Positions 1-8,397 of a stretch of DNA of 64,000 nt are shown here, one piece after another. The first letter of the stretch is position 1. The number at the start of each line of letters is the position of its first letter. The DNA is from Savitreella phatthalungensis (lineage: Eukaryota), in assembly GCA_051599415.1 (NCBI GenBank), contig AP039690.1, forward strand, positions 1-64,000. The letters are read 5' to 3'. The notes beneath the pieces are model-generated. The model was not told where the DNA came from, made no database searches, and saw only the letters and a program-made list of their open reading frames with translations. The position numbers were made by a program, and so were the translations under genes.

Positions 1-197
1 CTAACCCTAACCCTAACCCTAACCCTAACCCTAACCCTAACCCTAACCCTAACCCTACCCTAACCCTAACCCTAACCCTAAGACCCTAACCCTAACCCTA
101 ACCCTAACCCTAACCCTAACCCTAACCCTAACCCTAACCCTAACCCTAACCCTAACCCTAACCCTAACCCTAACCCTAACCCTAACCCTAACCCTAA
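1..197 (+). repeat. Telomeric repeat array (CCCTAA)n, i.e. TTAGGG on the minus strand; chromosome end
   Basis: Tandem CCCTAA from base 1 with two small irregularities (a missing A near 57, extra GA near 82). Confidence 0.99.
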
Positions 198-370
198 CCC
201 TCACCCTGACCCTCACCCTCACCCTGACCCTCACCCTCACCCTGACCCTCACCCTCACCCTGACCCTCACCCTCACCCTGACCCTCACCCTCACCCTGAC
301 CCTCACCCTCACCCTGACCCTCACCCTCACCCTGATCCTGACCCTGACTCTGACCCTCACCCTCACCCTC
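198..370 (+). repeat. Proximal telomere-variant repeats (CCCTCA/CCCTGA) in an 18-bp higher-order unit
   Basis: CCCTGA-CCCTCA-CCCTCA is repeated 7 times from 204 to 329, then degenerates (TCCTGA, CTCTGA) to ~370. Confidence 0.95.
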
Positions 371-699
371 GAAAACTAACCGCCGTCAAACTAATCAACC
401 CCCCAACCCTTGCTCCGCTTTGCTTGCTTGCTTGCTCGCTCGCTCGCTTGCCTGCTAACCTTATTTCTTTGCTCACGCCTGCCACCTTGCTTCACTACAC
501 TTGTCTGCACGCATACGCGCCTGCTGGTCTTCAACATCATCATCATCTTGCTGTTTTCTTGCTGCTCCTCTCATCCCGCTGTACTCCTGCTCTCAACCCC
601 TCATGTATTTGACACTCTTTCCCCCGTTTACCTGAAACATCCCATGCCATCTGTTCCCCAAACTGCTACCGTTAACTGCCCTGTCATCCTTTTCATCTG

Positions 700-1010
700 T
701 GTCATCTGCGCTGTCACCTGTCAAATGCCGTTACCTGCCCTGCCTCTTTCAAATGCCGTCACCTGCATGTCACCTGTCAAATGCCGTCATGTCGTTCCAC
801 ACCCTACAAAACGCCTTTACCTGCCAAACGCTGTTAACTGTCAAACCCCTCAATCAATCCCGCCACTTCCAACGTCACTTGACAATCTCGTTGCCTTCAC
901 CGCACCTGTCAAACGCCGTTACCTCCCATGTCATTGGTCTAATGTCGTTGCCTGCATCGTCATTTGTTTCCATGCCGTTCCTTGTCAAATGCCGCCATCT
1001 GTCAACCTTG
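700..1010 (+). repeat. Telomere-associated degenerate minisatellite (core CCTGTCAAATGCCGTYACCTG) in a C/T-rich, G-poor tract
   Basis: Related copies of TGTCAAA(T/C)GCCG near 719, 749, 775, 907 and 983, with weaker copies at ~808-845. Confidence 0.7.
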
Positions 1011-2471
1011 GTGTTCCGCAAAACATTGTCAATTGCAATGTCCTTCGCCATTCACCGTGTGGTCATTTTCGTTCCTTCTCTACATTTTTACGCCATTTTT
1101 GCCCCTGCTTCGTTCACCACCTTTTTGACGACCATTATATGTTCCGTTGCAATTCTCTTGACCATCCTTAATGACGGCCTTTGTTGGCGATCCTCTGACG
1201 ATCCTCGCGACGGTCTATCCGGTAGCGTTTCCGAATTGCCACTGCATCCAGCTCGATTTCACCGCCCTGTCATGGTGATCTCGCCTTCGTCGATGACTTT
1301 TTGCCAATGCCGGCCATCGTGCTGCATTCCCTGCATTGTCTCGTTCGTCTACACCATTGCTGGATGACGCTTGACGCTCCCGTGTGACTTTCAATACAAT
1401 GTGAACTCCGAGCCGTCTGACGGCCGCTGCTGTATTCAATAGAATGGCATGGTGCATTCACGTCCACGACGAGCGATCAATAAAGGTACGATGCAGGCGC
1501 ATTCATTGCCTACCATTTTGCTTCCTCCTGATCATTCGATACACACATCTACCGGGCTCAATCACATTCCCATTCATTCATATCACGTCATATCACGTCT
1601 TGTTCCCAATCGTGGTCTTTCAGTGACCGCACGTCACTTCATTTACTGTATTTCATCTTCACGCTACGTCAATCTCTCGATTCAGTCGTTACACGCACCA
1701 TTCCTGCCGTTTCGCGACCTTCTAAGCGACTGTTTCGACCGGCTTTGGCAGAATTCACGTCTAGCATTGTTCTTTGTGGCCTGATAGCGTCCTCGCACAA
1801 TCCTGGACCAAAAGGCTATCGACTTGCTCGTTGGGCCGGCGCCCATATTTATTGCTCTTTTGTATATCGATGATTTTGCTCAAGTCCCATGCCTAACTTG
1901 ACCGGCGCTAGCGAGTGAGAAGTGTAATTCGATGCCTGTGAGATCGTTCTTGACACTCTCGTTTGCCGGCACCTCAGCGATGGCCATCAAAGTGATCACG
2001 GCGGTCTTTCATTGAAGACGTCAACAGCGCAGTGCTCACAGGCTCTCGGGAATCAGCATTTCTTACAGGTGAGCGCGCCGTTTGCTCATGTTGATGCATC
2101 AGTTCCGCAATCAGAGTTGTCGAACGTCACCTCAGCAGCGCCCTTATGCTTGTCATTCCATAGGTAGACCTTCAGCCGCAAAACTGCTGAGCTGGGACTG
2201 CCGAGTGGTTGCCGATGAAGTCGAGATATTGAGCTGACCCCAAGATGCGCGATCGCTAGAAAGAATGTGGATGACTTGGCGTGCTATGAATGCACGAAAT
2301 GATAGAATTTTACCCAAAACATAGCCAATTCGAGGTAAGCGAGGTTCCCGTGAACACGGAAGGACTACGAGTGGTCGGTCTAGGCGGTGGTGCCGACCCA
2401 TGCTATAAATGATACATTGAGCGATTGCATGCAATGATTGATACATACCACGACTCTGCTGACGTGGCTGG

Positions 2472-4272
2472 TCACCGCTGACGTGGCAGGCTGGCAAAAG
2501 TATAAGAAGACACTGAACGCCGTCTCCATACAGCCATAGTCTGCGACACGGCAGTAGACGTACTCCGCTCGTTCATCGACTTCATCTTGTCCATCGCCGT
2601 CTCATTCCAGGAGGCGACCTGCGCGACGACCTGCTTCACTTGCTCGACGGCGTTTACAATCTCTGAAGTAGCATCAGCGATCCGCTCTCGGACGACTCTT
2701 GCGACCTCGTCCGCCGCATCTGTGTTCTCCTCGACCACGGCGATAGTCTGCGATGCTGCAGAGTATGACGACTACCGTCTCAAAGAATGAGACAGCAATT
2801 GACGCGGTCAAGTCGACGATCGAGCAAGCTACGTCTACCGTCGCGACGCAGAATGCGACGGCAGTGGACGCGATGAAATCGACAATCGAGCAAAGCACGG
2901 CTGCCACTCAATCGCAGATCGAGACCTTCCCTTAGCAAAACAAGGACGCCGTGAACGACGTCAAAAGCGGTGTTCAACAGAGCATCGACCACGCCGCTTC
3001 ACAGGTCGCGACCGTCCTTCAGCAAAACAAGAACGCGATTGACGACATCGGGAACGGTGTTCAACAGAGCATCGACGCTGTTTCACAGGTCACGACCGTT
3101 ATTGAGCAGACCTGTAAAACAGCGTCGCCGATGCTCTGTTGAACACCGCTTTTGACGTCGTCGATCGTGACCTTGTTTTGTTGCAGGACGTTCTTGATCT
3201 GCGATGCAGCGTCCCCGACGCACTGCTGGACATCGCTTCTGACGTCGTTCATGGCTTCCATGTTTTCCTCGAGGACGGTCTCGATCTCCGATTGAGCGGT
3301 AGCGGATCTTTGCTCGATCGACGACTTGATCGCATCCACTGCCGTCTCAATCCGCAAGACGATGTTAGCATTGTTGTGATTGATCAAGCTTTCTGTGAGA
3401 CTTTTTGCCATATCGTTCTGGGCAGCAATCGTCGCTATCCCATTAACGACACCTTCTCTGATGTCCTCGACCGTCTTTCTGGTCTCATGGGAGTACTGCG
3501 AAACCTGTTCTATCGCAACCGTTGCCGCTCTGATCTTGCCGCTCACTTGAGCAATCTCGCTGTCCCCTGTACTGGCATCCTGCTGCTGCATGCTGCTGAC
3601 CGTGGCTATATGCCCTGTGAGCGCTTCGTTCATTGCCCTCATGTGCGTTTCATGCGCTTCGTTCATCGTTCTCATCTGCGTTTCATGCGCGTCGTTCACT
3701 TTTCCCATTTGCGCTGCATGCGCTTCGTTCATTCTTGTCATCTCCGCTGAGAGCGCGTCCTTCAATGCTATCATTTGCACTGCATGCGCTTCAGTCATTG
3801 TCATTTGCGCCGCATGCGCGTCATTCATCGTTGTCATCTGCACTGAGAGCTCTTTACTGATGGCTGCGACAAGCCGCCGTTCGATGCACAGGATATCGCC
3901 CGCTAACAGCGGACTCGCATGGTTGAGAGGCTCATTGAGCCTATGGGACACTTCATCGATGCTGCGATGGGCGGTCGCAGCCGCTTCTAGGATGTTTGAA
4001 CCTTGTAGCGCTTGTTCATATGCACGAATTGTTTCTCTGTCTCGATCCGTAATCGAGTCCGACCTTCTCTGATCTTGACGGAGGGTTTCCGCATTTGAAT
4101 CAGTCCGCCGAAGCTGTAATGGGTTTCTGCAAGCCGGGCCTTGTGGAACGGTGGCCGCAGTCGCTGCAAGGTCTCGAATTGCGTATGGCCGCCTACCCTG
4201 TCTCTCTGGCTCATTGTCGCGTGTGTCTCCTCTTGTTGGCGATCTGGGCACTCGACTACCGCGGCGAGACAT
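2472..4272 (-). pseudogene. Subtelomeric coiled-coil/repeat-protein gene disrupted by an internal inversion (2746-3111) and an in-frame stop
   Basis: Minus ORF 3061-4272 has repeats (MNEAHETQM; DDVKSGVQQSI). The same repeat type continues on the PLUS strand at 2753-3108 with a TAG at 2933-2935, then resumes on the minus strand at 2738-2472. Confidence 0.7.
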
Positions 4273-4697
4273 AGCGCTTGGAAGAGTGGCAAACCGAGAA
4301 GCTAGTCTTCAGCGATTGGCCTCTCTGCAGTTACAGTTTTCTTTTCCTCCTTCCGTCTGACTACCCGGGCATCTTCCCGCAGGCTACGGGAAGCGAAAAT
4401 CGAAATTCCACAGGCTGGATGAGGTGAAATTCGATTTTTAGCAGGCCGGGTGCAGCGAACTTCAATTTCATCCTTTTCAAATGCACAAATCGTTTCAATC
4501 TTGGTTCTCCAAATTTTGACAGGTTTGAGATTGAGCAGAAATTCACGCGAGACAGAAAGTGAAATGATACCTCTCACAGTGAGCGATGGTCCCCCGGCTC
4601 GTAAGCTTGTGTAGAGATGTGGCAAAAAATCAATGTATACAGAGATCGATTCAATTGACTCGATGAGCCTTAACCACTCCGTCGACGTCTGCTGCCC

Positions 4698-6053
4698 ATG
4701 GACAACATTGGCGCCGAACGTTCAGCGAAGACGTTCTGGCACGCCGAAACGCTCGCGACGACCGCACTAGACGTTCCCGGCCATCCCATGGTCATTTTCG
4801 CCGATCCCACCCCTGAAGACTCTTTCCTGTCATCCGATCATGTTGAGCGAAACCGCTTGTTTGAATACTGTCGACTGTCTGTGGAGCTGAACGCTACGGC
4901 ACGCACGAAGATGGACCTGTTCTCGACCGAAGCACTACCTCCTTTTGGCTGCAGCATGGCTCTCAGAAGCTTGCTGGAAAGCAGTGAAATCATGCGGTTG
5001 TATGAACCTGCCCAGGATCTCCTTGATCCAAACACTCGTCTGTTCACAGACGCGCTGAAACTTGCGTCCGACGAAGACGCAATCGAGCTCTGCAAGAACG
5101 CCGTCTCCCCGCGCACATTCCTGGCGGCTGTCAATGAGATGGTGTACTCAGATGAGGTGGTGTACTCAGATGAGGAGAGTGAGCCATCGAGCACGGTTCC
5201 AATTGTGTACATTCATGTCATGTACATCCCTTCGAACGCATGCAACAGAGAAGCGTGCGATCACAAGGCTTGTGATGTGCGCAAGGAGCCTCTGAGCCTG
5301 TACGTTGGCCGATCTGAGTGGAAGCCCAATGCTAGCTGGGAGTCCTTCCGAGCTCTGCAGCATAACTTTGACGCTGTAAGAGAGGGACAGAAGAGCTTGG
5401 TCGCCCACTTCATTGAGCGCAACTTCATTGACAGACCTGCTAATGATGCCACCGACTTTGTTTTTGTCATGGCTGTACCTGACACAACCGATGGCAAATG
5501 CAGCGATATAACGTACGGGATCGAGGAGGACGTAACAAAGGCCCAGGTGGCAGAGGACTTCTTCATCGCAGCAGGATTCACCTCAAAGCATTACTCTCAC
5601 GGGTTGAACGTTGTTTGCAGCCTTGCTGCTGCTCCTGATCATTCGACGTATGTCAATGATCAGTGGAATCAGGAAAAGTACTTCCCGAAGTTCGTGCCGC
5701 CGGATGATTATCTTCCCATGGAAGAGATTACTCCAGCGATTCGTCAGTTGTTGTACTCGGTCATGCACGCGACCCACAGACTGACGAGACGCAATCCCGT
5801 CGTGGGTCATCGCGAGCTCCAGTACGAACTCGTCAGAAAGACATTCGCCGGATATCTGTATGAGGCTCTGAACGCGAAAGGCAAAGATAGGCTTCCTGAA
5901 GAAGATCTCCCACAGCTGTCGGACATTCTGCAGCGCTACACAAGATTGAGCAAGTACAAGGAGCAGCTTCGCTGGATGGAGCCTCTGGCGTTCGAGGACA
6001 CGTCGCCAAGACAAAGACACCTCGAGGCCTACCTCATGGCGAATGGCGTTTGA
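4698..6053 (+). CDS. Hypothetical 451-aa protein with a possible GIY-YIG nuclease-like domain
   Basis: Intact ATG ORF; ordered motifs IVY...LYVGRS...RALQH...AEDFFI...GLN resemble the GIY-YIG core. The domain call is tentative. Confidence 0.6.
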   Translation: MDNIGAERSAKTFWHAETLATTALDVPGHPMVIFADPTPEDSFLSSDHVERNRLFEYCRLSVELNATARTKMDLFSTEALPPFGCSMALRSLLESSEIMRLYEPAQDLLDPNTRLFTDALKLASDEDAIELCKNAVSPRTFLAAVNEMVYSDEVVYSDEESEPSSTVPIVYIHVMYIPSNACNREACDHKACDVRKEPLSLYVGRSEWKPNASWESFRALQHNFDAVREGQKSLVAHFIERNFIDRPANDATDFVFVMAVPDTTDGKCSDITYGIEEDVTKAQVAEDFFIAAGFTSKHYSHGLNVVCSLAAAPDHSTYVNDQWNQEKYFPKFVPPDDYLPMEEITPAIRQLLYSVMHATHRLTRRNPVVGHRELQYELVRKTFAGYLYEALNAKGKDRLPEEDLPQLSDILQRYTRLSKYKEQLRWMEPLAFEDTSPRQRHLEAYLMANGV

Positions 6054-6145
6054 ACGGTTCCCGAGTAGAGTGATTTTACTCATACACCGTTCGTCAGCGC
6101 GACACTCGCCATAATATTGTGTGAAAGGACTGCCTTCGAGGGCAA

Positions 6146-6326
6146 CAGACGCATCCGATAACAATCGTTGTGGAGGAGAAAGAAGATTTTGTGCACGGCC
6201 GACAGATATGGCACGATGCTCAAGGCTGAAGGCACACAGCGTCCGGCTTCATTGCGTCAATGAGGCTGCGTCACGGTTGCTGATGGTAAATCATCTGTGG
6301 AGGCGGGGCTCACGATGCAAGTAGAG
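6146..6326 (+). pseudogene. Degenerate paralogous fragment of the 7433-8242 gene
   Basis: Translates QTHPITIVVEEKEDFVHGRQIWHDAQ versus KSEPSTIVIKWKESLEHGRQTWHDAQ. TGA at 6227-6229 replaces a Trp codon, then a frameshift precedes CVTVADGKS..MQVE, matching 7793-7978. Confidence 0.85.
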
Positions 6327-7432
6327 GGCCGCCAGGGACGTTCGAAGAGACGATATTCTCGCTCGCGCGCTGCCTTGAGGGGGACATATCATTCACGGCG
6401 AATCCCGCGATAGGCACGAATGTGAACCAGCAGCAGACCGTTGTAATCGTGGTGCTGATACGCATCAATAGTGTACGACTATAAATCCCGATTTATGAGT
6501 TCCAGATTCGTGTCCAGCCGTCTTTGTGCCTCATGTCACATGCGCAAGTACGCAGCCGATTGGGGGAAATCATGTCGCCGGCTTGCGATTCAATCCCGAC
6601 AGTGCATCTCGTCATGATTGCTCGTACCATGCCTCAGAGAATGGAACTAGCCGCAACGTCAGTCTCGACGTCCCATGAAGGATTCCATAGCCGTCATGCG
6701 CTTACTTCACCGGCTCGGTGCCGTAGATTGGTCTAGACGGTATCACTATTGTGAATCGGCCAAGCCCGTCCCGGTTCATCGCCGTAGATGAGCTCATCGT
6801 GGTAGGTGAGTTTGGCGCGCTGCTTCAAGGTAGGTGAGTTTGGCGCGCTGCTCGAATCAGCAATGACTAGCGACCACGGAAGGTTTTGGAGGCGTCAACA
6901 TTTGACCGCAAGAACTGCTAATTGCGAAGATAACTGCATTGCAGACTCATCACAAAAACCGATCTCAAAAAGGGACGACACAGTTTCATATTGATGGTCT
7001 CACAAAGATGCACGCTATATCCCCGCTCAAAGCTTGCAGTCTGTCAAAAGTGCTTCGGCAGAGTCCTGGGATGCCTTTCGATTATTCAGCCCAAGCCTTT
7101 GCGAATATCCTGGCCTTGTGACGGCGATTCTCTTGACGACGTACGTCACCTTGACTCCGCCGTCGAGTCTTTTACATGTCTTATCACCCGCTGGCCCTCA
7201 TGGTTGCAAGCTGCTCGATCGGATCACAGAGCTCGGTGACGCAACCCTCGCCCGTTCGTGCGAGCGCGATTTTTGGCAGTGCCGCTTGCGTTCAAACCCT
7301 TTTCGATTTGCGAAACCGCTCTCATATCGGCAAATGGATTTGCGGAAGGTCGTGCCAAGTAACAAAGTTCGTCAGGCGGTCCGTCAGCTATAAAGTCGGT
7401 TCCGACTCGATCGTCTTCCACCAAAGCGCAGC

Positions 7433-8242
7433 ATGACTTTCAATCTTTCTTTCCTGAGGCGTGCGCGCAAAGCAGGCAAACATCGCGATGCAACCTCTTA
7501 CAGATCTGACGAAAGCGAAACCCTCCACAAACTAGACGACGACTCGGAGACCGTGTCCGGTGATGGCGAGTCGTGCAAGATGCCTATGGTGAAAAAGAAA
7601 GGACCCACGTGGCACGTTCACCCCGATCAAGCGCAAAGAGATGCCGCCGTGACGGCGACGAGGAGAAAGATGCTTGGAAGAGTGACTTGCAAAGCATCGG
7701 AATGTGCAATTTGGCTGACGGTCTGGCCATATGACGGCAATTACAAGCTTGAATTCGCAATTGCTAGCACAGGCGATGTCTTTCGATCTTCAAAATCGGA
7801 ACCGAGCACGATCGTCATCAAGTGGAAGGAGAGTCTAGAGCACGGCCGACAGACATGGCACGATGCTCAGTATCCCTGGAGACAAACAGATTCCGGCCTC
7901 ATTGTGTCAATACAGCGTTGCGTCACGGTTGACGATGGCAAATCATTGGTGCAGGCTAGGCTAATGATGCAAGTAGACGAGAAAAGACTCAAGCGTGGAT
8001 ACTGGGTATATGACTTACCAGATGATTTTGCAGTGACCCTTGGGCCTGAACTATGGGCCTTTGCAGCCGACACCCTCCCGCATCCGGCAACGGCGACTAT
8101 CGACTATCGGTCTCCTCACGAGGACGCATTGTTGATCACGGTTCGCTCTTCGGTAGACGCGGGACTGAAGCGGTCGACTGCTGACCCGTCGTCCGATCTC
8201 GTAGCGGTCGCCAAGGCTGCCAAGGTCGAGCATCTCGACTAG
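7433..8242 (+). CDS. Hypothetical 269-aa orphan protein (subtelomeric family member)
   Basis: Intact ATG ORF; a protein-level-conserved paralog fragment at 6146-6326 supports coding status. Confidence 0.7.
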   Translation: MTFNLSFLRRARKAGKHRDATSYRSDESETLHKLDDDSETVSGDGESCKMPMVKKKGPTWHVHPDQAQRDAAVTATRRKMLGRVTCKASECAIWLTVWPYDGNYKLEFAIASTGDVFRSSKSEPSTIVIKWKESLEHGRQTWHDAQYPWRQTDSGLIVSIQRCVTVDDGKSLVQARLMMQVDEKRLKRGYWVYDLPDDFAVTLGPELWAFAADTLPHPATATIDYRSPHEDALLITVRSSVDAGLKRSTADPSSDLVAVAKAAKVEHLD

Positions 8243-8397
8243 TATAGATGATCACCCGTTCCTCTTCAGAATGCGTCCGCTGTGGCATCCAGTTGTGAGT
8301 CTTCGCTCTGCACATGATTTCAGGTATAAGGGTTGAGGATGACGAACGCGCCATCATCGTTGTCGTGCCGCTCTGTCAGCTCCGCCGAACGCGTGAT

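Noticed and set aside
55..366. 103-aa (RV)n ORF on the minus strand
   Set aside because: It is simply the translation of telomeric and variant hexamers, has no ATG start, and nothing indicates it is a gene.
410..1367. Cys/Pro/Leu-rich ORFs 410-1171 and 699-1367
   Set aside because: Non-ATG starts; they stay open because the C/T-rich repetitive tract rarely forms stop codons; no recognisable domain.
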